64,000 nucleotides of DNA, taken from assembly GCF_988243305.1 (NCBI RefSeq), contig NZ_OZ547136.1; one strand, 5' to 3'. This document shows positions 1 to 9,272 of the stretch, piece by piece. Position 1 is the stretch's first letter; each line of letters starts with the position of its first letter. The notes below the pieces were generated by a model, which was not told where the DNA came from, searched no databases, and saw nothing but the letters and a program-made list of their open reading frames with translations. The translations under genes were made by a program, and so were the position numbers.

Positions 1-415
1 AGCGACAATCAATGCTCTGACACCAGTGCTGTGTGGATGGATAAGCTACTTCAGGCTGACGGAAGTCAGAGGAGTGCTGGAGGAGCTGGATGGCTGGATC
101 AAACGGAAACTGCGTTGCTTGTTGTAGCGGCAGTGGAAGAGACCGCTAACCCGGGCAAAGAACCTGCAAAGAGCAGGACTGAGTAAGGACAGGGCAATGA
201 TCTCTGCGTACAACAACCACGGGCCATGGTGGAACTCAGGGTCAAGCCATATGAATCAGGCGATAAAGAATACATGGTTCAGGAGGCAGGGTCTGATATC
301 ACTGCTGGAACAGTAGAGGCAGTTCCAGAGTTAACATGAACCGCCGTATGCGGAACCGCACGTACGGTGGTGTGAGAGGACGGCGGGAGTGATCCCGCCT
401 CCTACTCGATCAATT
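1..415 (+). mobile_element. Group II intron, 3' portion (end of intron-encoded protein ORF plus probable domains V-VI)
   Basis: Frame 2 reads ...CGWISYFRLTEVRGVLEELDGWIKRKLRCLL, then after a TAG RQWKRPLTRAKNL..., typical of a group II intron RT/maturase C-terminus; hairpin ccgtatgcgg/ccgcacgtacgg near 340-375 resembles domain V. Window starts inside the element; 3' boundary approximate. Confidence 0.55.
2..315 (+). pseudogene. Group II intron RT/maturase, C-terminal fragment interrupted by an in-frame TAG at 125-127
   Basis: Same reading frame continues across the TAG with maturase-like sequence (RQWKRP...); no database check. Confidence 0.5.
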
Positions 416-464
416 TTAAAACACCTCCTATGTAGGTGGTGATCGTTCATGTGGGGCTTTCTGA

Positions 465-640
465 CAGACTGCCTCGTCATTCCATTCGTATCGCCAGTAA
501 CTGGCGTTTGTATTGTGGCAGTTCTGGTATACGTTTCCCTGTGTATCTGCACTGGTTCAGCAAGGTTTGAAAAGGAGTATCCCTTGCAAATAACCGAAGC
601 ATTACTTTCAGAGCCGGAGCTGTTTTTGTTGCTGTGATCC
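465..640. repeat. Copy A of a roughly 180-bp conserved non-coding element (inverted relative to copy B at 7836-8030)
   Basis: By-eye alignment of 465-640 with the reverse complement of 7836-8030 gives roughly 75-80 percent identity, including shared blocks ggtttgaaaagga, gcaaataaccgaagc and ttcagagccgg. Confidence 0.5.
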
Positions 641-676
641 ATTTCAATTTTTTCGTGACAAATTATTTATAAATAT

Positions 677-1939
677 ATGATTATGTTTTTAAAAATGCAG
701 GCTGAAAGTATGAAGAATAAATACAAATTAAATGAGTTTTTGGATGTAAAACGCCTTCAGACCCTGCAGGACAACTTTTCAAAATCAATGATGATCGCGC
801 TCGTGGTTGTGGATGAGAATGGTATCCCGGTCACTAAGCCCAGCGGTTTTTCAGACTTCTGCATGCGTTCGCGTCTCAACCCGACACTGGCGCACCACTG
901 TTATGAAAGCGACAACGCTGGTGGCCGGGCCGCGATGCACGCTCGCAAACCGGTGGTTTATCGCTGCCACTGCGGTTTTGTCGAATTCGCTGTCCCAATC
1001 ATGATTAACGATCATTATCTCGGTGCTTTTATTTCCGGTCAGGTAAAAGTCGAAGAAGAGAAAGAACAGAGCATTTCCTATATTCTGAATAATAATGACG
1101 TCTGGAAAGATAATCCTTGGTTAATTAATTTGCACCAGAATACACGTCGCATGCCGTATGAGCGTTTTGAGTCTACTGCCTCGACGTTACTACACGTATC
1201 GTCTTATCTGGTCGAACAAGCGCACACCAATAATATCCAACGCGAACTTCGTAAAAAGGATCTTGCACTGGCTAATGAGTTAAGAAAACGTGTAGAGATA
1301 GAACGCTCACTACATGAAGCTGAATTTAAAGCGCTCTCTTATCAGATAAATCCGCACTTTTTATTTAACGTATTAAATACCATTGGCCGGTTAGCTTTTC
1401 TTGAAGATGCGCAGCGTACCGAAACAATGGTGCACGATTTCTCTGACATGATGCGCTATTTGTTACGTAAAAATAGTCACGGCCTGATTACTCTGCGTAA
1501 TGAAATAAATTACGTCAACAACTATATGTCGATCCAAAAAGTGCGTATGAGAGACCGTTTCGATTACCTGTGCGATATCCCGGAAAAATATCTGGATGTA
1601 GTCTGCCCGTTTTTGATCCTGCAACCGCTGGTGGAAAACTTCTTTAACTACGTAGTGGAGCCAAGGGATAGCAATAGTCATCTGCTGATCCGTGCCACGG
1701 ACGATGGCCTGAACGTGATTATTGAAGTCACTGACAATGGCGACGGCATCGCACCAGATACCATTAATCGCATTTTATCAGGCGACCAAAAATTGCAAAA
1801 AGGCAGTATTGGCATTAACAACATAAAAAATAGATTGAAGTTGTTATTTGGCGAGAGCTATGGCTTGGAAATAATGAGCCCTAACAAACCCAGGATGGGT
1901 ACAACCATTAAACTTCGGTTCCCAATGCAGGAAGCCTGA
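677..1939 (+). CDS. Cytoplasmic sensor histidine kinase with N-terminal PocR-type ligand-binding domain (LytS/YesM-type kinase core)
   Basis: 420 aa ORF; Cys/His-rich PocR-like N-terminus (CYESDNAGG...[14 protein letters not shown]), H-box NPHFLFN, C-terminal HATPase-like region; low GC. Confidence 0.7.
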   Translation: MIMFLKMQAESMKNKYKLNEFLDVKRLQTLQDNFSKSMMIALVVVDENGIPVTKPSGFSDFCMRSRLNPTLAHHCYESDNAGGRAAMHARKPVVYRCHCGFVEFAVPIMINDHYLGAFISGQVKVEEEKEQSISYILNNNDVWKDNPWLINLHQNTRRMPYERFESTASTLLHVSSYLVEQAHTNNIQRELRKKDLALANELRKRVEIERSLHEAEFKALSYQINPHFLFNVLNTIGRLAFLEDAQRTETMVHDFSDMMRYLLRKNSHGLITLRNEINYVNNYMSIQKVRMRDRFDYLCDIPEKYLDVVCPFLILQPLVENFFNYVVEPRDSNSHLLIRATDDGLNVIIEVTDNGDGIAPDTINRILSGDQKLQKGSIGINNIKNRLKLLFGESYGLEIMSPNKPRMGTTIKLRFPMQEA

Positions 1940-1955
1940 TACAGGAAAAGGACAT

Positions 1956-3011
1956 ATGTTTACCATTGTTATCGTTGAAGATGAGCCCATCGAATTAGAA
2001 TCCCTGCGGCAGATTATCTCCCAGTGTGTGGAAAACGCTGCGATCCATGAAGCCTCAACCGGTAAAAAAGCGATTCACTTAATTGACCAACTGAGTCAAA
2101 TCGATATGATCTTAGTGGACATTAATATTCCGTTGCCGAACGGTAAACAGGTGATTGAATATCTGAAGAAAAAAAACAGCGATACTAAAATCATCGTAAT
2201 CACGGCCAATGATGACTTTGATATAGTACGCAGCATGTACAACCTTAAAGTGGATGATTATCTGCTCAAACCAGTGAAAAAATGTATCTTGACCGACACC
2301 ATCAAAAAAACCCTAGCATTCGACGAAGGAGAAAATGAAAAATCCCGCGCCCTAAAACAGAAAGTGTTCGCCATGATAGACGATTGCGATTACACCCAGT
2401 GGCACAACTTTATTTTTGACACGCTCAACGGTGCCTGTCCGGTGGATATGATAGAAGAGGATAAGCGCAAAGACGTGATCGATTTTCTGGAAATAGTTAG
2501 CCAGTATATGACCGCCAAAGGGGAAAAGTTAATGCCGACTAACCGTAAAGTCGCCGCGCTGATCAAAGACATCAACCAGTATGGCATGATGGAAAGCCGC
2601 TATTTCCGCATCATGATCAGCCTGCTGACCATTAGCGAAGAGCTGTTTGATTACGCATTAAAAGGCTATACAGGCAATATCGATTTTATCGAACGAGCGA
2701 AATTCCATATTGAGAAAAATATTCTCAGAAACTTGACGCTCGATGACGTGGCAGCAAAATCGTTTGTCAGTGCCTGCTATTTGAGCCGTACCTTTAAGAA
2801 AATTACCGGGTTCGGGTTTTCGAACTATATTGCCACGCGTAAAATTACTATCGCCAAATCGTTATTGCGGTTCAGTGACTTACAAGTAAATACCATTGCG
2901 CTGGAACTGGCATACCAGGATTCAAACTATTTTTGCCGCATCTTCAAAAAAGATACTGGCATGACCCCCTCTGATTATCGAAAAGTCGTGTCCCCGGGAA
3001 TTACACGGTGA
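1956..3011 (+). CDS. Response regulator with receiver domain and AraC-type HTH output (YesN-like)
   Basis: 351 aa; N-terminal receiver (IVEDEP...LVDINIP), C-terminal AraC HTH (YLSRTFKK...DSNYFCRIFKKDTGMTPSDYRK); start 17 nt after the kinase stop with RBS aaaagga. Confidence 0.75.
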   Translation: MFTIVIVEDEPIELESLRQIISQCVENAAIHEASTGKKAIHLIDQLSQIDMILVDINIPLPNGKQVIEYLKKKNSDTKIIVITANDDFDIVRSMYNLKVDDYLLKPVKKCILTDTIKKTLAFDEGENEKSRALKQKVFAMIDDCDYTQWHNFIFDTLNGACPVDMIEEDKRKDVIDFLEIVSQYMTAKGEKLMPTNRKVAALIKDINQYGMMESRYFRIMISLLTISEELFDYALKGYTGNIDFIERAKFHIEKNILRNLTLDDVAAKSFVSACYLSRTFKKITGFGFSNYIATRKITIAKSLLRFSDLQVNTIALELAYQDSNYFCRIFKKDTGMTPSDYRKVVSPGITR

Positions 3012-3139
3012 TGGCGTGATTTTGCATTGGCCCGATAATGAAAGCAAAATAGTCCAACACGCCCGCAAGATAGTTTACGCCCACTTGTCAGGTTCCTATC
3101 CTAAGATAGGAATAAACTTCCCAAACAAGTGGGCTCGCT

Positions 3140-4291
3140 TTGAACGATTACCTGTTTACCTCCGAATCCGTTGCCGAAGGGCATCCCGATAAAATGGCGG
3201 ACCAAATTTCTGATGCCATTTTGGATGCGATACTCCTACAGGACCCGTGGGGTAAGGTTGCCTGTGAATGCTTGGTGAAAACTGGTGCCACTATTGTTGC
3301 CGGAGAAATATCTACCCATGCCGCCGTGGATATTGAGAAGATTGTCCGCAACACCATAAAAGAGATTGGTTACGACCATTCGCGATTGGGGTTTGATGGC
3401 AATACCTGCTGTGTATTAAATATCCTTGGCAAACAGTCCGCCAATATTGCTGACGGCATTCGCGGCCACTCGATGGAAGAACTGGGGGCGGGCGATCAGG
3501 GCATCACCTTCGGTTACGCCTGTGATGAAACGTCGGAACTGATGCCCGCCACGCTGGTATACGCCCATCGTCTGATGGAGCGCCAGGCGCAGTTGCGTAA
3601 ATCCCAACGGTTACCATTTTTACTCCCTGATGCCAAAAGCCAGGTTACCCTGCGCTATCAGGATAATCGTGTTCATTCAGTAGATACCGTTGTGGTGTCT
3701 ACCCAACACAGCCCTGACGTTTCTCTGGACGCGCTACGGGAAGCGGTCATCGAAGAAATTGTTAAACCTGTGATGCCTTCGCACTGGCTCACGCCACAAA
3801 CCCGCTTTCTGGTGAACCCTGCAGGCAGTTTTGTGATTGGCGGGCCGGTGGGTGACTGCGGGCTAACGGGGCGTAAAATTATTGTTGATACCTATGGCGG
3901 CGCGGCTTGCCATGGCGGCGGCGCGTTTTCAGGCAAAGATCCGTCGAAAGTCGATCGTTCCGCCGCCTACGCTGCTCGCTATGTGGCGAAAAACATCGTC
4001 GCCGCTGGGCTTGCCTCACGCTGTGAAGTCCAGTTGGGATGGGCCATCGGCCTGCCCCGCCCTGTTTCCGTCAGGATTAACACCTTCGGTACACAAACAG
4101 TGTCATCTGAAGCGTTGCTGAGAGGCGTTAACAGCCATTTCGATCTTAGCGTGTTCGGCATCATTACTACGCTTGATCTGCTGGTCCCCCGCTATCGTAA
4201 AACAGCCTGCTATGGTCACTTTGGTCGCGACAGCTTTCCGTGGGAAGTTACGGACAAAGCGGCGCTATTATACGAAGACGTTGGACGTTAA
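3140..4291 (+). CDS. S-adenosylmethionine synthetase (methionine adenosyltransferase) paralogue
   Basis: 383 aa; MetK hallmarks [63 protein letters not shown]. Apparent TTG start with no obvious RBS; exact start uncertain. Confidence 0.8.
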   Translation: MNDYLFTSESVAEGHPDKMADQISDAILDAILLQDPWGKVACECLVKTGATIVAGEISTHAAVDIEKIVRNTIKEIGYDHSRLGFDGNTCCVLNILGKQSANIADGIRGHSMEELGAGDQGITFGYACDETSELMPATLVYAHRLMERQAQLRKSQRLPFLLPDAKSQVTLRYQDNRVHSVDTVVVSTQHSPDVSLDALREAVIEEIVKPVMPSHWLTPQTRFLVNPAGSFVIGGPVGDCGLTGRKIIVDTYGGAACHGGGAFSGKDPSKVDRSAAYAARYVAKNIVAAGLASRCEVQLGWAIGLPRPVSVRINTFGTQTVSSEALLRGVNSHFDLSVFGIITTLDLLVPRYRKTACYGHFGRDSFPWEVTDKAALLYEDVGR

Positions 4292-4335
4292 GCCGACGAC
4301 GCGCAGCACAGTTGAATTTATTACAGGAGAAATTT

Positions 4336-4881
4336 ATGTCTGGGAAAAGTTTAGGCTTAATCGAAACCGTCGGGATGTCTGCGGCGGTAGAAGCCGCCGA
4401 TGCCGCAATGAAATCCGCTAACGTTAGTCTGGTAGGCTATGAATTGACGAAAGGCGGCGGGATGGTGACCGTGAAGCTGGAAGGGGAAGTGGGCGCAATT
4501 AACGCGGCGGTAGCGGCAGCCATCAGCGCGGCAAGCCGGGTTGGCGAGGTGTATGCCCATAAGGTGATCGCCCGCACCGCGCAGCATATCGAGCAGATTA
4601 TTCACTCTAAAGTGACCGCCGGCGTCGCAGAACCTCAACCTGAAGTGCCTGCTGCACAACCGACACTGCAGGCTGAAAACGCGCCTTCACAGACATTCCC
4701 GGTGGTTAACCTTGATACGTCAATCAGCGCATCCTGTATGGATGTCACTGATGAAACGCTGAAGTCCATGGAGCAGCATCAACCGGTTAAACCCTCAATA
4801 GAAAACACTAAACCTACAAAATCTGATGTACCGCAGGAGGCAGCAAAGAAAGGTCCTCGTTCCAGCGGCAAGAAAAAATAA
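4336..4881 (+). CDS. Bacterial microcompartment shell protein (BMC-H, PduA/EutM-like) with about 90-aa low-complexity C-terminal tail
   Basis: N-terminal 90 aa MSGKSLGLIETVGMSAAVEAADAAMKSANVSLVGYE... align with PduA/EutM; RBS aggag upstream of ATG at 4336; tail rich in P/A/Q/E/K. Confidence 0.75.
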   Translation: MSGKSLGLIETVGMSAAVEAADAAMKSANVSLVGYELTKGGGMVTVKLEGEVGAINAAVAAAISAASRVGEVYAHKVIARTAQHIEQIIHSKVTAGVAEPQPEVPAAQPTLQAENAPSQTFPVVNLDTSISASCMDVTDETLKSMEQHQPVKPSIENTKPTKSDVPQEAAKKGPRSSGKKK

Positions 4882-4899
4882 GTAAATTGCTATGACGCT

Positions 4900-4935
4900 G
4901 CCGCGATAACAATTTCTTTATCGCGGCATTTTTTT
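4900..4935 (+). terminator. Rho-independent terminator after the BMC-H gene
   Basis: Hairpin gccgcgataa / ttatcgcggc followed by a T-run. Confidence 0.6.
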
Positions 4936-5237
4936 GCTTAACAGATAAAGTAAAAAACCATCTGCATAGCGGGCGGCTTTGACACGGCCCCCTGAAAGGG
5001 GGCTTAAACACTACCCTTTCAGGCCCAGTTGTATTTGTCTTTCTTCTTCCTCTTTTGCTACCTTGTTCGAAAAGGGACGCTCGTCCTCGCCCACTGTTCT
5101 GTATGCATACCTGCTCCCACTGCAAATTATATTGCTGGGCTATGTTAACAAGCCTATATGCTATTAAAAACTCATGAGCAACATATTGATAATACCATTC
5201 TTATATATCCACGCTTAAGTAAATAACTCTTACATAA

Positions 5238-5435
5238 CTAACTATTCCATCTCACTTCTTCCTTAGCGAGTTTTCGGTATGCAATAGGAGCTATACCAAA
5301 GCGGCGAGTAAATGCCCTTGTAAATGTCTGCTGAAAATCAAACTGATATTTAAAAGTGATAGTCGTGACCGATTCAGTAGTAGAACGTAGTTCTTCTGCT
5401 GCATTTATTAATATACCTACCAATAGAAATACCAA
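5238..5435 (-). pseudogene. MarA/TetD-like AraC-family regulator, C-terminal fragment
   Basis: 65 aa ORF holds only the second HTH (KYQFDFQQTFTRAFTRRFGIAPIAYRK), similar to the TetD C-terminus; no intact N-terminal half in frame. Confidence 0.5.
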
Positions 5436-5553
5436 TGATATGTTTAAACAATTTCTGTAAATACCATTTTGAATATCCAGCTTTTTTGCCTCAATATTTA
5501 TTGAGAGTTCTACCTCAAGATTTTCATCAATTCATTTAGCAAGCTCATTGATA

Positions 5554-6225
5554 TCAGCGCTGTTTTTTATAGTAGCGTTCATTTTTATCGATGCCTGTGA
5601 AGGTTGATTGGGTCAACTCCAGTACTATGCAACCCTCTCTGAAAAGGGATTTATTATCAGGTTGCAGAATGCAACTTCGCACCACCCCCGTAAACAAAGA
5701 AAAAAGCAGGAACGCCAGAGCCTCACTACGAATTTCCGAACATATTTCTCTATATAACTTACCTTTTTCGAAAATATAACATAGTAATTTCACAAAATTA
5801 TTGACATCCACCATTTTTTGTAAGAAATTTATTCTTATATCATCCGGACATTCTTCACAAAAAAACACAATATAAATTACATTCCGTAAGTGTACATTAT
5901 ATTGTAATTTAATCAGGCTACGTGATAAGCAACGATACATCGCTTTAACCGGTTCAGAAACTCTCCCATTTTTGATGGCTGTAAGCTCATCAAATAATGA
6001 TAGTGGTACCCGCTCGATGACTTGTCGCAGAAGATCTTTTTTTTCGTTGAAATACCAGTATATGGCCCCCCGAGTACAACCTGCGCGCACCGCAATCATC
6101 TCCAGTGTCGTCTTCGAAAAGCCCGTCTCACAAAAGCAGAACTCTGCCGCATCCAGGATTTGTTTGCGGGTTTCTTCCGCTGCAAATTTTGTGTGCCGCA
6201 CCACTGTTGAAATCTCCATTGACAT
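5554..6225 (-). CDS. TetR/AcrR-family transcriptional repressor
   Basis: 223 aa; N-terminal TetR HTH (TRKQILDAAEFCFCETGFSKTTLEMIAVRAGCTRGAIYWYFNEK). Confidence 0.7.
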   Translation of the reverse strand: MSMEISTVVRHTKFAAEETRKQILDAAEFCFCETGFSKTTLEMIAVRAGCTRGAIYWYFNEKKDLLRQVIERVPLSLFDELTAIKNGRVSEPVKAMYRCLSRSLIKLQYNVHLRNVIYIVFFCEECPDDIRINFLQKMVDVNNFVKLLCYIFEKGKLYREICSEIRSEALAFLLFSLFTGVVRSCILQPDNKSLFREGCIVLELTQSTFTGIDKNERYYKKQR

Positions 6226-6324
6226 CTTATTTCAGGAAATATCTCTGGGGCATTTAGTACCAACCCAACAGCCATTTACTCAGGCGCAGTATGTTGTTTA
6301 CTGCACCTGAATATTTACTCATGC

Positions 6325-7389
6325 TTATGATTGCTCAGCTTCAGTCTTATCCGATGATTTCTTATTTCTGCGGCTGAAGAACCCGGCAATTAACATATAG
6401 AAGAGAGGAATATAAAAGATTGCCAGTATCGTAGCAGTGATCATCCCTCCAACCACACCAGTACCGATGGCATGTTTACTTCCGGAACTTGCTCCAGTCG
6501 AGACAGCCAGTGGGATAACCCCCATTACAAATGCCAGCGAAGTCATAATTATCGGTCTTAACCTCACTCTCGCCGCTTCAACAGCAGCCTCTTTAATGCT
6601 TAGTCCTTCTTTCTCATGCAATTCACGAGCAAACTCCACGATAAGTATGGCATTTTTCGCAGACAGCCCTATTGTTGTTAATAAACCGACCTGGAAAAAG
6701 ACATCGTTACCAAGGCCGCGCAACAAAGTAGCACAGACAGCCCCCAGGACACCAAGCGGAACAACCAGCATGACCGAGAAAGGAATGCTCCAGCTTTCAT
6801 ACAGTGCAGCCAGACACAGAAAGACGATCAACAGTGAAAGTGCATATAGTGCAGGAGCCTGAGAACCTGAAAGTCGTTCCTCAAAAGACAAACCTGTCCA
6901 GGAAATATGGAAACCTTCGGGAAGTCTTGCCGCAATATCCTCAATTGCTTTCATTGCATCCCCGGAACTGTATCCTGGTGCCGGTTCCCCCAGGATTTCG
7001 ACAGCAGAGATACCATTATATTGCTCCAGTTTTGGTGAGCCATAAATCCATTTGCCTGTTGCAAAAGAGGCAAAGGAAACCATGTCGCCATCACTGTTAC
7101 GGACATACCATTTATCAAAATCCTGCGGTGATATACGTGAGCCGGGTTCGCCCTAAATATAGACTTTTTTCACCCGTCCACGATCGTTAAAATCATTTAC
7201 ATACATCGAACCCCAGGCTGCTGGCATTATGTTGTCGACGTCGCTCATGCTCAGTTTAAGCGCCTGAACTTTCTCGTCATCAATCAGAATCTGGAACTGA
7301 GGCTCATCGTTCATGCCGTTAGGACGAACCATGTTTAACGCTGGACTTTTCGCCGCTTCAGCAAGAAGCTGATTTCGGGCCTGGATCAT
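6325..7389 (-). pseudogene. RND efflux transporter (AcrB/AcrF-like), C-terminal remnant, frameshifted and 5'-truncated by IS2
   Basis: ORFs 6325-7083 and 7153-7389 match the C-terminal third of AcrB-type pumps (VRPNGM...[27 protein letters not shown]...[13 protein letters not shown]) in two frames; upstream part absent, IS2 end at 7482. Confidence 0.7.
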
Positions 7390-7481
7390 TTTTTCATGGC
7401 CAGCTCCGCTACGATCCTCGAGGAACAGGTCAAACCCTGTAGCATTCCCCAGTTCTGATACGGCAGGGGGCGTTTTAAAAC

Positions 7482-7838
7482 TAGACTAGCCCCCAGAATC
7501 TCCAGACAACCAATATCACTTAAATAAGTGATAGTCTTAATACTAGTTTTTAGACTAGTCATTGGAGAACAGATGATTGATGTCTTAGGACCGGAGAAAC
7601 GCAGACGGCGTACTACACAGGAAAAGATCGCTATTGTTCAGCAGAGCTTTGAGCCGGGAATGACGGTCTCCCTTGTTGCCCGGCAACACGGTGTGGCAGC
7701 CAGCCAGTTATTTCTCTGGCGCAAGCAATACCAGGAGGGAAGTCTTACTGCTGTGGCCGCAGGAGAACAGGTCGTTCCTGCCTCTGAACTTGCTGCTGCC
7801 ATGAAGCAGATTAAAGAACTCCAGCGCCTGCTGAACAA
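7482..7838 (+). mobile_element. IS2 left end, truncated about 360 bp into the element
   Basis: tagactagcccccagaatctccagacaaccaatatcacttaaataagtgatagtc matches the IS2 left inverted repeat region; orfA (InsC) sequence diverges from IS2 after ...KELQRLL. Confidence 0.75.
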
Positions 7839-7863
7839 AACGCCGGATGTCTCCCGGCTCTGA
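7573..7863 (+). pseudogene. IS2 orfA (InsC) truncated, with a foreign 9-codon tail
   Basis: [56 protein letters not shown]... is IS2 InsC-like; the C-terminal residues do not continue as IS2. Confidence 0.7.
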
Positions 7864-8030
7864 AATTAAGGCTTCGGTTATTTGCACGAAATGTTCCTTT
7901 TCAAACCCTGTTGAATTTTGTTAAGCCGGTGCAGACACACGGAAAACGCACATCAACACCGGACGGTACGATACAAACACCAGTGACTGGCGGGACGAAG
8001 GGAATGACGAATCAGTCAGGAAATGATGAC
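7836..8030. repeat. Copy B of the roughly 180-bp conserved non-coding element (inverted relative to copy A)
   Basis: See copy A; lies between the IS2 truncation point and the small ORF/alpA. Confidence 0.5.
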
Positions 8031-8141
8031 AAACAGTTGGCAGACCAGAGGAGTCAGCAGAAAGATGAGCGGGAGTGTCGCCAGCATCGGGGACAGGGCT
8101 GATTTCCGCAATACCAGCGCCGGCATTGCAACACGTTTCAT
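8016..8141 (-). CDS. Hypothetical 41-aa hydrophobic peptide, translationally coupled to the AlpA-family gene
   Basis: MKRVAMPALVLRKSALSPMLATLPLIFLLTPLVCQLFVIIS; its ATG overlaps the alpA stop in an ATGA arrangement. Not in the ORF track (below 60 aa). Confidence 0.3.
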   Translation of the reverse strand: MKRVAMPALVLRKSALSPMLATLPLIFLLTPLVCQLFVIIS

Positions 8142-8371
8142 GCTGCTGCTCCTCGTGATTCCTCAATTCGCTGCTGCATCCACTGCTCCACTTCACTTTT
8201 GTACCAGCGGCTGCTGCGCCCCAGTTTGATGGGTTTAGGGAAATGACCTTCACTGATCAGCTTGTAAAACCATTTATCGGTCATACCGGTGAAACTGGTG
8301 ATGTAGTTCATGTCGATCAGGGGATCGTCGGCACGCAGTAACACGCTGTCGTGGCTTGTTGTGGTCAACAT
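8138..8371 (-). CDS. AlpA-family phage/island transcriptional regulator (excisionase-like HTH)
   Basis: 77 aa; ...YITSFTGMTDKWFYKLISEGHFPKPIKLGRSSRWYKSEVEQW matches AlpA-family DNA-binding proteins. Confidence 0.7.
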   Translation of the reverse strand: MLTTTSHDSVLLRADDPLIDMNYITSFTGMTDKWFYKLISEGHFPKPIKLGRSSRWYKSEVEQWMQQRIEESRGAAA

Positions 8372-8439
8372 GGTCAGAATGTCCTTTGTGAGATTTATGA
8401 AGTTTGTGCGAATGCAGGGAAAGATGCTGAACCGAGCTT

Positions 8440-9015
8440 TCAGAACGGTCCTGCAGATCCGGGATAGCCGGGATTACCGGCGAGGCAACGGGCTTCCGGA
8501 TCGCACACACCACGACGATCGCGGGCGAAATCACTGAACGCCCATATCAACTCTTTGAGGATGTTTTCACAGTCCGGTGAACGACTGTCCAGCACCACAT
8601 CCCGGGTGATCTGCTTCTGATACTGCTTTGCTTCACCCGGTGACGCGAAGCCCAGTACGTTGCTCCAGGCATCCAGAATCAGCCGGTCCAGTTCAGGGCC
8701 GTCGAAATACTCCTGTCTGACACACAGCACCACGTGGTATTCCGGCTTTTCAGGATGACGGGTCAGGAGCCAGCAGAGATCTCGTCCAGGTGTTGCATTC
8801 ATCAGCGCACTGACGGTTTCGATAAAGTCCATACCGAACCAGATCTTTCTGCTGCTGAAGGTACGGTCATATTCACATGGCAGACGAAGCAGGATCCGTC
8901 GTATCCGGGAGCCGGACTGCTCACGCAGCGCACGCTCAAGGACACCGATGATTTTGTTCTGATAAGACGGCCAGAAGGGTGCCAGGCTATAGTCGAAATA
9001 AGGGATAGCATTCAT
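8440..9015 (-). CDS. YfjJ/YagK-like (inovirus Gp2 family) island protein
   Basis: 191 aa from MNAIPYF (start trimmed from the ORF track); family assignment from memory of CP4-57-type islands. Confidence 0.45.
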   Translation of the reverse strand: MNAIPYFDYSLAPFWPSYQNKIIGVLERALREQSGSRIRRILLRLPCEYDRTFSSRKIWFGMDFIETVSALMNATPGRDLCWLLTRHPEKPEYHVVLCVRQEYFDGPELDRLILDAWSNVLGFASPGEAKQYQKQITRDVVLDSRSPDCENILKELIWAFSDFARDRRGVCDPEARCLAGNPGYPGSAGPF

Positions 9016-9272
9016 AAGATATGCTCCGTTATGCGCAGCCCACAATGCGTCCTGCCCGTGAATGAGCTGACGTGTTATAGCTTGCGGATGGGGTTGATGG
9101 AATAAGTGAAGAACCGAAGCAGAACGGGAAGATCAGGTCACCGACAAGGGACAGAACACCGGATGTGGTTAAGAGTGAATGATCTCCGTTGACTTCAGTT
9201 CACATCATTAAGCAAGGTGGTAAGGTTTTACCGACGGAATGTTTCCAGGACAGGAAGCTCAGGATTTAAGCT

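Noticed and set aside
331-642. 103-aa minus-strand ORF and 62-aa plus-strand ORF over the repeated element
   Set aside because: They overlap the intron 3' end and the conserved non-coding repeat; the two repeat copies differ by indels that break the frames, so protein coding is unlikely.
4240-4335. N-terminal extension of the BMC-H ORF overlapping the metK-like 3' end
   Set aside because: The BMC-H homology starts at the ATG at 4336, which has a good RBS; the extension is out-of-frame overlap with metK.
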